In this document: positions 36,771-44,780 of the stretch, piece by piece
How positions within the stretch are numbered: the first letter of the stretch is position 1
Layout of the letters: the number at the start of each line of letters is the position of its first letter
From: a virus
Lineage: Duplodnaviria; Caudoviricetes
DNA length: 49,874 nt
Reading direction: 5' to 3' (one strand)
Virus record (IMG/VR): IMGVR_UViG_3300020294_000008
Coordinates: 1-49,874 of that record
Notes under the pieces: model-generated
Told to the model about the DNA's origin: nothing
Database searches by the model: none
Seen by the model: only the letters and a program-made list of their open reading frames with translations
Translations under genes and position numbers: made by a program

Positions 36771-37424
36771 TTATTTCATTTTTGGTCCACTTGCCCATCC
36801 AACAAGAACATATCTAGTTCCTTTGGTTATGTGACTAGCCTTGTGTGGACATCTAGAATCAAAAATAACACAATCTCCTTTTTGATTGTCTATTTGACAA
36901 TGCCTGTTAAAATAATCAACTAATATTAATTCTCCTCCTTCATAATCTTCTGGATCAGAAAGTTGTATACTCATACTTAACTTTCTCCAAACATTTTTAT
37001 TTGGAGCAATTCCATAATCACAATGCCACTCAAAATTACCCCCTACATTATATCGAAGTATTTGAAATTCATAAGTATTAATATCAAATTGATAATTCCT
37101 ATCATTAATAACATTGAATAAAGATTTACCAATGTCGTGGATAGTGCTACCTTCTCTTACTGGATGAATATCACATACTCTAAATTTATCCTTTTTTGCA
37201 ACTCCTGGAGATCCAGGATGATTGATCAATTCTTTTCTAAAATGCCCTTCATCACTTTTTAAGATATCAAGATATCTGTCCATCTGGTCTATTGCTTCAT
37301 CATTTAAACCAAATGGGTAAAAAGGATCTTCATAAGATCTATTATAATCATTATCTTCTGCAGCTATCTCAGAAAAAGTTTTATCATCATCAAGATCCCT
37401 AATGATATCAATTTTAGCAGACAT
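36771..37424 (-). CDS. 2OG-Fe(II) oxygenase
   Basis: FQILRY, WHCD, RKLSMSIQL, YEGGEL, H..KGTRYVLVGW. Confidence 0.88.
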   Translation of the reverse strand: MSAKIDIIRDLDDDKTFSEIAAEDNDYNRSYEDPFYPFGLNDEAIDQMDRYLDILKSDEGHFRKELINHPGSPGVAKKDKFRVCDIHPVREGSTIHDIGKSLFNVINDRNYQFDINTYEFQILRYNVGGNFEWHCDYGIAPNKNVWRKLSMSIQLSDPEDYEGGELILVDYFNRHCQIDNQKGDCVIFDSRCPHKASHITKGTRYVLVGWASGPKMK

Positions 37425-37425
37425 T

Positions 37426-37830
37426 TTAAATTAATGCTTCAAGTTGTGGTATAGTAGTTGCGTTATTAATACTTGTATATGGTACTGCAGGATTTGACTT
37501 AAGGGATGCAGATTCTCCCTTCATATCTGCTATTGCTTGTATATCTGTATTTTCTTTATTAATAGCAAGATACTTTGCTTCTAATGTTTCAGTTGTAAGT
37601 GCCTTTGCTTTAGCAAGATCTGCTGTAACAGTCTTACTTCCATGATTATATTTCCATGCAGATCTAAATTCCTTAGATGGAAGATCAGCAGGATCAATCA
37701 CAGAATAATCTGAGGTTGGTACATCTTTTGCGATGACAGCAGCATCAGATAGAGTACAATCCATTGTGGGGATTACTACTCTACAGTTACCGTTAGCATC
37801 GGCATATGCGATAACTTTATTGCGTGACAT
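37426..37830 (-). CDS. putative tail-fibre assembly/chaperone-like protein
   Basis: IAY..RVVIP..IAKDVP..DLP..FRSAW pattern usually found beside phage fibre genes. Confidence 0.5.
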   Translation of the reverse strand: MSRNKVIAYADANGNCRVVIPTMDCTLSDAAVIAKDVPTSDYSVIDPADLPSKEFRSAWKYNHGSKTVTADLAKAKALTTETLEAKYLAINKENTDIQAIADMKGESASLKSNPAVPYTSINNATTIPQLEALI

Positions 37831-37832
37831 TT

Positions 37833-38000
37833 TTAATTAGCACCTGCAGTTGCTACTATATTTTGAGCAGATGGAAATGCTAACAATACCTTTGCTCTAG
37901 CATCACTATCATCTTTAGCAAATACTTCAAGTTTTTTAGTATTAGCAGAATTACCATTATCATATGTGCAAATGTAATGATCGCCTTTGTATGCAGCCAT
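37833..38000 (-). CDS. small hypothetical protein, 55 aa (MAAYKGDHYICTYDNG...)
   Basis: Clean ORF directly after a late promoter, abutting next gene. Confidence 0.6.
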   Translation of the reverse strand: MAAYKGDHYICTYDNGNSANTKKLEVFAKDDSDARAKVLLAFPSAQNIVATAGAN

Positions 38001-38020
38001 TTTTCTTTGATTAAAGGAAC

Positions 38021-38045
38021 AAAAAAGAGGGAGTAAACTCCCTCT
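38021..38045 (-). terminator. intrinsic terminator after gp32
   Basis: AGAGGGAG-TTTA-CTCCCTCT followed by a T tract. Confidence 0.85.
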
Positions 38046-38048
38046 GGT

Positions 38049-38056
38049 TATTTATA
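38049..38056 (-). promoter_or_regulatory. perfect T4 late promoter TATAAATA
   Basis: Exact consensus immediately after the gp32 stop. Confidence 0.75.
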
Positions 38057-38914
38057 TTACTCTTCAGCTAACTGCTGAAAATATGATAATGCATCATCTT
38101 CTGCTGCTGGTGCTGCAGCAACTGGTTCTGGTTCACGATCAACATCTTCTTCCTCAACTACTGACCTAGCAGGTACAGCAGTAAGTTTCAGAACTGACTC
38201 AAGACGCTTCTTAAGTTCATCATAAGATTTGAACTTATCAGCAGAAACTAATTCCTGCAATGAGTACTCCTTCTTCCAAAGTGCTTCTAGAGCATCATCA
38301 TCCTTAAGAAGTGGTTTAGGAGCAGCAAACTCAGAACTATCATAGTTCCAGAAACCTGCTACTTTCTTAATCTTAACCTTAAAGTCTGCACCCTGCCAGA
38401 AATCAAATGGGTTGAGAGGTGTCTCATCCTCAAATTCTGGTTGCATTGCACCCATGATCTTATCAAAGATCTTTTTACCAAATTTGTATAAGAATACCTG
38501 ACCTTCATTAGAAGGATTTGCAGGATCTTTTACAACATAAATGTTGGCGTAATAAGAAAGTTTACGCTTTTGGTTACGAGCAATTTGCTTGTCAGATTCA
38601 ACTCCACTATTCCAAAGAGTAGTATTGTGCTCTGAACAAGGATCTTTAGCATTTACTGTAGTTAATGAATTCTCAATATACCACCCACCTGGTCCTTGAA
38701 AGGCATGAGAGTATAGTTTTACCCAAGGGAGATCTTCTCCATCAGGTGCTGGAAGAAATCGGATAACGGCATATCCGTTACCTGCTTTATCGACTTCTGG
38801 TTTCCAGAGTCGCTCATCTCCTTTGTTTGCTGAATTGGTTTTTTCAACCTCTTTAACAAGTTTGGCAGTTAAACTACCAAGAGATGATTGCTTTTTAAGC
38901 GATGCGAAAGACAT
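38057..38914 (-). CDS. gp32: single-stranded DNA-binding protein gp32
   Basis: DERLWKP..GNGYAVIRFLP..WYIENSLTT..KFGKKIFDKI..NYDSSEF..acidic tail DDALSYFQQLAEE. Confidence 0.95.
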   Translation of the reverse strand: MSFASLKKQSSLGSLTAKLVKEVEKTNSANKGDERLWKPEVDKAGNGYAVIRFLPAPDGEDLPWVKLYSHAFQGPGGWYIENSLTTVNAKDPCSEHNTTLWNSGVESDKQIARNQKRKLSYYANIYVVKDPANPSNEGQVFLYKFGKKIFDKIMGAMQPEFEDETPLNPFDFWQGADFKVKIKKVAGFWNYDSSEFAAPKPLLKDDDALEALWKKEYSLQELVSADKFKSYDELKKRLESVLKLTAVPARSVVEEEDVDREPEPVAAAPAAEDDALSYFQQLAEE

Positions 38915-38956
38915 AGATTTGGCCTGTGTAATTGGATTTGGCTTTTGTATGAGTCT

Positions 38957-38985
38957 ATTATAAGCCGCTCATCATGCTTTGTCAA
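38957..38985 (-). promoter_or_regulatory. consensus sigma70 promoter TTGACA-N17-TATAAT for gp32
   Basis: Perfect -35 and -10 with 17-nt spacer. Confidence 0.85.
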
Positions 38986-39307
38986 TACCCTTACGGACTC
39001 TTTCTAAAGTGGTCTTCATGTTAGCAAACAGAAGATTACAATCAACATCCTTGGGGAACCCCATTACTATAGCAGATTTCCGAACATTGTCAGCCATCTC
39101 CTTAGCACGAGGGTCATCAGATAGTTTCATACGAGTATAAAGGATCTGCTGTTTTTCAAGCAATTCCATCAAAGAATCTAAATGATCAATTTGTTCTTCT
39201 ATAGGAAGTTCTGGAAATTTAAACACTTGGGAATAAATCTCTTCTTGCATTTCATTGATAGTCTCCATCTCCTCTCGGACAATATCTGACTCAAAGAAAT
39301 CTGCCAT
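38972..39307 (-). CDS. DUF1825-family cyanobacterial/cyanophage protein
   Basis: FFESDIVREE..EKQQILYTRMKLSDDPRAKEM. Confidence 0.8.
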   Translation of the reverse strand: MADFFESDIVREEMETINEMQEEIYSQVFKFPELPIEEQIDHLDSLMELLEKQQILYTRMKLSDDPRAKEMADNVRKSAIVMGFPKDVDCNLLFANMKTTLERVRKGIDKA

Positions 39308-39330
39308 AACTCCTCTTTGAACACTACTAT

Positions 39331-39900
39331 TTATTCTAACACTTGAGGTAGAATTGTGGCAACTAGTACAATCCTTCGGTTATCCGAAGGACTTTGCATA
39401 AAGTGTTTACCACTAAACAATATTATATCATCTTCTACTGGATCATGCTCTTCATATAAAGAAGTGTCTTCATTCTTAACAAAAGTTTTGCCACCAGAAT
39501 CTGTCAAATATACAATTACATTACCATGAGGAAATTGATGATCTATATGTGGTAAATTATTATAAATTTTCTTTTCAGGATGATTGCAGTTAATAGATAT
39601 TCTAGCATAATCAGATATTTTAATATCATTAAAAACTAAAATCTCATCCAAAACATGAGTAATGATATTAACTTCTTGAATACTAGAATTCATACCAGGA
39701 TCCTTTCCAGTATTCTCTGGTCTTTGTTTAATAGTTCTAGTGTAATAAGGTAAAGATTTTTGTTCTCCTTCTATATCTACAGGAGCATTATAATCACGAG
39801 TTGCTGAAGAAACATATGACCATAAACAATAGGGACTAAGAACCCATCTTTTAAATTCTAAGTAATTCTCTGTTTTTGGATTAGAGAGGGAGTTTAGCAC
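39331..39900 (-). CDS. putative 2OG-Fe(II) oxygenase-like protein
   Basis: PHIDH..VIVYLTDSGGKT..FSGKH..RRIV double-stranded beta-helix pattern. Confidence 0.6.
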   Translation of the reverse strand: MLNSLSNPKTENYLEFKRWVLSPYCLWSYVSSATRDYNAPVDIEGEQKSLPYYTRTIKQRPENTGKDPGMNSSIQEVNIITHVLDEILVFNDIKISDYARISINCNHPEKKIYNNLPHIDHQFPHGNVIVYLTDSGGKTFVKNEDTSLYEEHDPVEDDIILFSGKHFMQSPSDNRRIVLVATILPQVLE

Positions 39901-40135
39901 GAGTAGTTCTCTTCATAAAGTTTAACTGTTGAGCATCGCATTTAAGTTTCTCTTTTAAAGGTTTAGAAATTAACTTATTAATAGAATCAATCTCAATACT
40001 ATTCTCTTCACAGAAAAGAACTATTGCATCAATATAATTAAGTTTTTCATTTTTGACAAGTTTTTCTATTTCCACTGCAAATTTTGCAGAGTTCATAAAT
40101 TTCTTATCTAATGCTTTAGTAAATTCATTTTCCAT
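39881..40135 (-). CDS. gp33: late transcription co-activator gp33
   Basis: FAVEIE..YIDAIV.FCEEN.IE..ISKPLKEKL..A..LNF. Confidence 0.88.
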   Translation of the reverse strand: MENEFTKALDKKFMNSAKFAVEIEKLVKNEKLNYIDAIVLFCEENSIEIDSINKLISKPLKEKLKCDAQQLNFMKRTTRAKLPL

Positions 40136-40802
40136 GTAATTGAAGTTGGTGAGTTAAAAAGTTTTCAATGTAAGTAACAAGTAATCTCATATATTTCAAC
40201 TTATCTCGTTCTTCATAAACAACACATTCACCGTCTTCACATGCCATAATAATGACTAGTTTTTTGACAGCAATACCTGTTAGTTCATAATACATACACG
40301 CATATGCTGCTGCTTGAACAAAGTACCCATCAATCCACTCTCGTGGTTTAGGTGCTTTAGAAGTCTTAAAGTCAATGACTGATAATTCTCCATCATACTC
40401 TGCGATACAATCTACTGTACCAGCAACACCCAACTCTTTACTATAAAGAGATCCTTCTAAAGAATGTATGTTATCAATCTTGTTAAGAGTAGGTTTAGCT
40501 ATCTTAAACAACATATCTCCCATAGGTGCAACCGTAGGAAGATCTTCATTTAAAAGATAGTGCTCCGTCATGGTATGCATGTCAGTTCCACGAGCAGTTG
40601 CTTTACGAGTAATCTCGTTAGCTTTCTCCTCTCCTATCTTCTTTCTCCACTTAGCAAACTTTTCTCTACTCCAGTGAGAAGTCACTGAAGTGATTGATAC
40701 TAATTTTAAAAATTCATCCTCATTGGGAACTTTATAAAATCTAACACCATCAATAGTTTCTCTCTCTAATAGAGGGAGATTCGTTGGTACATGATTAAAC
40801 AT
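40125..40802 (-). CDS. PD-(D/E)xK exonuclease (conserved in T4-like phages)
   Basis: SITSV..RGTDMH..AGTVDCIAEYDG..IDFKTS..YFVQ..AYA. Confidence 0.85.
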   Translation of the reverse strand: MFNHVPTNLPLLERETIDGVRFYKVPNEDEFLKLVSITSVTSHWSREKFAKWRKKIGEEKANEITRKATARGTDMHTMTEHYLLNEDLPTVAPMGDMLFKIAKPTLNKIDNIHSLEGSLYSKELGVAGTVDCIAEYDGELSVIDFKTSKAPKPREWIDGYFVQAAAYACMYYELTGIAVKKLVIIMACEDGECVVYEERDKLKYMRLLVTYIENFLTHQLQLHGK

Positions 40803-41557
40803 TACATAGACATTGCGTGTTTGGTAGTTAGATACTCTTTACACAATCCAGAACGAACTATATCTTCAAGACCGAATTCGATACATGAAAATGATTCCAT
40901 CTGTTGCAAGATTCTCATAAAGTCAATGATACCATTTCTCTCTCTATCTCTGGTAAGGTCACTTTGAGTAGCGTCACCACAGAACATGATTTTGGTATCT
41001 TCTCCAACTCTTGTTATTATACTATCTAATTCATGAAAATTCAAGTTTTGGCATTCATCAACTATAACAATAGCATTATCAAGTGTAGTTCCCCTTATGA
41101 AAGAAGTACTCCAGAAGGAAATAGTCTCCTGTGCCTTGAGGTTAGAATATAACATCTCAAAGTCTGCATCACTATTCATCTCAAACATGTATTTCACCAT
41201 ATTCTTATATGGTATCTGATATAAGAAAGCTTTATCTTCATGATCACCAGGTAAGAAACCTATCTCTCTGGTCGCCACAAGAGACCTGACGATGTAAATC
41301 TTCTCATATGGTGTCGAATCATCCAATACTTGTTTAAGAGCATTGTAGATTGCTATAAAGGTCTTACCAGTACCAGCACAACCATAAGCAAAGAGATTTT
41401 TTTCTTCCTTATAATCATTAAAAAACTTTATTTGACTCTCCGTTAGAGGTTGAATGTCATTTAAGAAATTACTACCAATAGGTTTCTTTCTTTTCATCTG
41501 TTTGGCAGTCATGCCAATTCCAGCAACTGTTGAAGAATTTTTTCTTTTGCGTGGCAT
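40802..41557 (-). CDS. phoH: PhoH-family ATPase
   Basis: GCAGTGKT, IGFLPG, RGTTLD, IVDECQN, GD..QSD, DIVRSG. Confidence 0.95.
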   Translation of the reverse strand: MPRKRKNSSTVAGIGMTAKQMKRKKPIGSNFLNDIQPLTESQIKFFNDYKEEKNLFAYGCAGTGKTFIAIYNALKQVLDDSTPYEKIYIVRSLVATREIGFLPGDHEDKAFLYQIPYKNMVKYMFEMNSDADFEMLYSNLKAQETISFWSTSFIRGTTLDNAIVIVDECQNLNFHELDSIITRVGEDTKIMFCGDATQSDLTRDRERNGIIDFMRILQQMESFSCIEFGLEDIVRSGLCKEYLTTKHAMSM

Positions 41558-41558
41558 A

Positions 41559-41813
41559 TCAGTCTAAAGTAAGTTTTTGGCGATTTTGACCTGTTTTTTG
41601 AGCTCTTCCTAAGACCTCGTTCCAACCAGGTTTGGATTTTCTAAGTTTATCTTTCCACTCTCCAACTTCTCCTACACCAGGCATTGTTGAGGGGTCAGAC
41701 CAGTCTCTTTGCCAATCAGGATTATCAGTACACCATTGAGTCCACTCCGTGATACTCATTGCGACTTCTTTCTGTTCGCCAGTCTCTTTGTTGATAACAG
41801 GATAGGTAGCCAT
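41559..41813 (-). CDS. conserved cyanophage hypothetical protein
   Basis: MATYPVINKETGEQKEV..NPDW..PGWNEVL; CTAAATA at 41834-41840. Confidence 0.75.
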   Translation of the reverse strand: MATYPVINKETGEQKEVAMSITEWTQWCTDNPDWQRDWSDPSTMPGVGEVGEWKDKLRKSKPGWNEVLGRAQKTGQNRQKLTLD

Positions 41814-41836
41814 AAAAGTTTACATTGGATAGTTAT

Positions 41837-42547
41837 TTAGAGGGAGACTAAATTGTCCTCTTGGTTCATAGCACTTCGGTGATCATCACCATAAAAGGTA
41901 TTTAAATCTTCTACTGGAGTGCTATACAAGAGTATATCAAAAGCAATGGTAATTCGAGGAATATCTACTTCATGAGAAGATGTACTATGTGCCATCCATG
42001 TAGGAAAAAAAGTCATACTATTAGAAGAATTTTTTAAAGGATATGGTTCTTGATTATAAGGATGATAATATATGGTAGATGTATCATGACATGCTACTGT
42101 GAAATGACCACTGAGATAAGAATGTGGATGAGTTGCATGACAATGCCTATTAATCTTTTGACCTTTACGCATTACATTTGCCCAACATCTAACCTTAAAT
42201 CTAGCATCAAACTTACCATCAGTAGTATTACTTACATATTGATCATGAAACATTCTAATCTCATTATGAAGATCTTTACATACTGGATAATCCCATTTCA
42301 ATACATTAAAATAATTAAATCTAGCAGTCAAACTATCTTTTCCCAATCCAGTATATCCATCACTTATTGGTTTATTTGCCCATCCTTCTGGATACTCTTC
42401 TATAATTTCTTTTTCTTTAGATAATATTATCTTGGCAAGTTCATCTACATCCAGATCAGTCTCTTTCTCTGCTATAACAAAATCCCATAATGGTGCATAT
42501 GGTGTTTCTGGAGGTTCATTTTTAAATTTATGTACCTTAACTACCAT
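41837..42547 (-). CDS. putative 2OG-Fe(II) oxygenase (TIGR02466-like)
   Basis: CWANV..HCH..YLSG..FFPTWMAH..RITIAFD. Confidence 0.75.
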   Translation of the reverse strand: MVVKVHKFKNEPPETPYAPLWDFVIAEKETDLDVDELAKIILSKEKEIIEEYPEGWANKPISDGYTGLGKDSLTARFNYFNVLKWDYPVCKDLHNEIRMFHDQYVSNTTDGKFDARFKVRCWANVMRKGQKINRHCHATHPHSYLSGHFTVACHDTSTIYYHPYNQEPYPLKNSSNSMTFFPTWMAHSTSSHEVDIPRITIAFDILLYSTPVEDLNTFYGDDHRSAMNQEDNLVSL

Positions 42548-43179
42548 TTCAGTGCCTCAGAAACTGTTGGTAATTGTTCCTTAAATATTTCTCTACATTC
42601 CTCTGCAATAATCTTATGCTCTTTCTGAGTACCATGAGCAGATCTAAGATCAATATAATGTATCCATGATCTTACGCTACCAGACATATAAAGTCTAGTA
42701 GGTACAGCAAGTGGTAATACAAATCTAGCACATTCTTTTGCAACTCCCATATCTATCATATATCGATAGAGATCTTGGGCATCATGGAAATGTTGAGCAA
42801 TTTCTTTCTCTAACATTTTTACCTTATCTGGATCAAGATCATCTGTAGAATTCTGACGATTCTTCAAATCCTGCCTTCTTAATTCTGGTAAAGGTATTAA
42901 ACTACCTTTTGTCATTAAAGAAGTATCAGCATAACGCTGAGAAAATTCTTGAAAAGTGAAAGACCTATGACGCAATATCTGAGCAGCAAGACCTCTAGTG
43001 GTCTCAATCTCCAATGTCATAAATGCTTGTTCAAATATAGACCAATGTTGATGCTTAATACAATAAGCAAGTAATTTGGCATAATCTGGATTATCCTGAT
43101 TATTAGGATTTGATACCCTAGCGATATACGCTATTTGTTCCTCAGGATTTGGTGTTATCTGAATCAGTTTTACAGTCAT
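42541..43179 (-). CDS. thyX: FAD-dependent thymidylate synthase
   Basis: HWSIFE, QILRHRSFTFQEFSQRY, ECARFVLP, RSWIHY. Confidence 0.95.
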   Translation of the reverse strand: MTVKLIQITPNPEEQIAYIARVSNPNNQDNPDYAKLLAYCIKHQHWSIFEQAFMTLEIETTRGLAAQILRHRSFTFQEFSQRYADTSLMTKGSLIPLPELRRQDLKNRQNSTDDLDPDKVKMLEKEIAQHFHDAQDLYRYMIDMGVAKECARFVLPLAVPTRLYMSGSVRSWIHYIDLRSAHGTQKEHKIIAEECREIFKEQLPTVSEALKW

Positions 43180-43324
43180 TCTGTAGTTTTCTCAGTTGTT
43201 TCAATTTGAGTTTTGCTTTAGCGTCCCTCCTTGCCTGACGGAGATAATGAAGTTCTTCTTCATTATACATCTCAGGATGTTTGAGTGCCTTCTTCACTAA
43301 TTTGATCGTTTCCTTTAGTCGCAT
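43142..43324 (-). CDS. small basic hypothetical protein
   Basis: KKALKHPEMYNEEELHYLR; overlaps neighbours. Confidence 0.65.
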   Translation of the reverse strand: MRLKETIKLVKKALKHPEMYNEEELHYLRQARRDAKAKLKLKQLRKLQNDCKTDSDNTKS

Positions 43325-43487
43325 AATACGCTTTAAAATAACCTGCTAGTCCGTTTGTTGTAACCTGCTTACTACACCACTCATCCGCACATTCATAAAT
43401 GGCACGATTTAAGTAGGTATTACTACCGTATTTAGACAACAAGATCTTAAGGACTTCTTGTCGTAGCTTCAGTTTTGCGTCATCCAT
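43272..43487 (-). CDS. hypothetical protein
   Basis: 71 aa; IYECADEWCS. Confidence 0.6.
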   Translation of the reverse strand: MDDAKLKLRQEVLKILLSKYGSNTYLNRAIYECADEWCSKQVTTNGLAGYFKAYYATKGNDQISEEGTQTS

Positions 43488-43899
43488 TCAATTTAGATAA
43501 AAAAGGAACTAATTCATTAAATTCAATAACATAGAATTTACTTCGTGAAATACCCAATTGAAGCATTTTAGCAATTCTGTGTTTTCCGTCAATCATGCGA
43601 TATTTCTTATTATACGGATTTGGGGCATTTATTGATATAATACCAGGATACTGAATATCACATTCTTTGTATCTTCTACCTTTACAACAAAGGCAATTAT
43701 CGGTAGTATACTGCGGATGTAAATGCATCCCTTTCCAAGCAATATCAATATGATCTACTGTTTGTATTATATCATCATTTAACAAATGTATGATATCAGA
43801 TAAACGCAAAACAGTCAAATTGTCATCATTAACCCTCCAATCACCATATACAGTATTTTTATACTGACAATTGTGAATTCCCTTAATCTGGGTATCCAT
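43480..43899 (-). CDS. ParB/Srx-like domain protein (start approximate)
   Basis: YPGII..YRMIDGKHRIAK motif. Confidence 0.55.
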   Translation of the reverse strand: MDTQIKGIHNCQYKNTVYGDWRVNDDNLTVLRLSDIIHLLNDDIIQTVDHIDIAWKGMHLHPQYTTDNCLCCKGRRYKECDIQYPGIISINAPNPYNKKYRMIDGKHRIAKMLQLGISRSKFYVIEFNELVPFLSKLNG

Positions 43900-44038
43900 C
43901 ATCATCATCCCACACTTCTTCAACATCACCTACAGGAGGATTGGTATATGCCTCAGTATCAGAATAAACCTCTGATTCCAATTCCTCCACAATCTCTTTA
44001 AGAGCCATTACTAAGACTTTCAATTTTCCCTTATTCAT
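43883..44038 (-). CDS. small acidic hypothetical protein, 51 aa (MNKGKLKVLVMALKEIVEELESEVYSD...DDDDGYPD)
   Basis: Fills the gap, overlaps both neighbours; GAGG upstream. Confidence 0.65.
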   Translation of the reverse strand: MNKGKLKVLVMALKEIVEELESEVYSDTEAYTNPPVGDVEEVWDDDDGYPD

Positions 44039-44273
44039 TCAATGCCTCTTTAGAGGGTGCTCTAAAGTATTTGTTGATGACATCTATTTGATCCTGATAC
44101 TTTGCTATTATGTCCAATTCTTTTTCGATAGATTCTAAAATGTCAGTATGTTCACCAACACCAGCAGGATGTTCTAGATAAACTTCTACATTTGCTTTGT
44201 GTTTTGCAATATCACCTTGAGCATGTGCTAATAGTGCTCTTAGGATCTGTTCTCTCATGTGTAGTGGTGGCAT
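44031..44273 (-). CDS. conserved cyanophage hypothetical protein
   Basis: HAQGDIAKHKANVEVYL..PAGVGEH.DI; AAGGAG RBS. Confidence 0.75.
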   Translation of the reverse strand: MPPLHMREQILRALLAHAQGDIAKHKANVEVYLEHPAGVGEHTDILESIEKELDIIAKYQDQIDVINKYFRAPSKEALNE

Positions 44274-44292
44274 AAGATTCTCCTTTTTGGTT

Positions 44293-44327
44293 ATTATAGT
44301 ACAAAAAAAGAGGGGTGTCTACCCCTC
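44293..44327 (-). terminator. intrinsic terminator (GAGGGGT-AGAC-ACCCCTC-T7) overlapping a sigma70 promoter TAGACA-N17-TATAAT
   Basis: Hairpin 44309-44327 with T tract 44303-44309; -35 at 44316-44321, -10 at 44293-44298. Confidence 0.75.
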
Positions 44328-44350
44328 CTTAAAGTTATGCAAGATTTTTA

Positions 44351-44479
44351 TCAAGATGCCGAAACGACTTTCTTTTCAAATTTAACCCCACGATATGTGA
44401 GAGTTGACTTGTCAGAAGGACATTCTGTTTTCTTAGCATCAGTGTCATAAACGACACCACGGTATGTGACTTTTGCCAT
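44351..44479 (-). CDS. DUF4278-like small basic peptide (putative glutamine synthetase inactivating factor-like)
   Basis: MAKVTYRGVVYD..LTYRGVKF, duplicated YRG motif; AGGAG RBS; start reassigned to 44479. Confidence 0.75.
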   Translation of the reverse strand: MAKVTYRGVVYDTDAKKTECPSDKSTLTYRGVKFEKKVVSAS

Positions 44480-44514
44480 TGGTTTACTCCTAAAGTAGTA
44501 GAGGTGGATTAGAC

Positions 44515-44744
44515 CCCGTTCCTTCAGTCGGCTTTTGCGTCCCACTCACAATGAGGTGTTTCCTCTATCACTACGCTGATCATCTCAGCTCGTGTCTCTT
44601 CTTCTACATTAAACTCATTCATCTTATCTAAAAGAATCTGAGCATCAATACAAGTAAAGGTAGTTGCGATAACTGCTAGATGAAACATGGGATGAACGAT
44701 CCGTTCCGAGTCGGCTTACTTGCGTCCCTTAAGGGATGAACGAT
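44515..44744 (-). ncRNA. tandem glutamine riboswitch-like (glnA / Downstream-peptide family) aptamers
   Basis: Two copies of AUCGUUCAUCCC..GGGACGCAA..GCCGACU..GGAACGG upstream of a YRG peptide gene. Confidence 0.7.
44524..44688 (-). CDS. 54-aa ORF nested in the second aptamer (MFHLAVIATTFTCIDAQILLDKMNEFNVEEETRAEMISVVIEETPHCEWDAKAD)
   Basis: Uninterrupted 55-codon frame, hydrophobic N-terminus, two Cys. Confidence 0.6.
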   Translation of the reverse strand: MFHLAVIATTFTCIDAQILLDKMNEFNVEEETRAEMISVVIEETPHCEWDAKAD

Positions 44745-44780
44745 ATGTGTATTGTAACACATGACTATGTATAAGACCAG

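Noticed and set aside
44480-44545. N-terminal extension of the DUF4278-like ORF, and ORFs 44716-44997, 44790-44993, 44792-44983
   Set aside because: They run through riboswitch/promoter sequence; the RBS supports a start at 44479 and the others lack coding features
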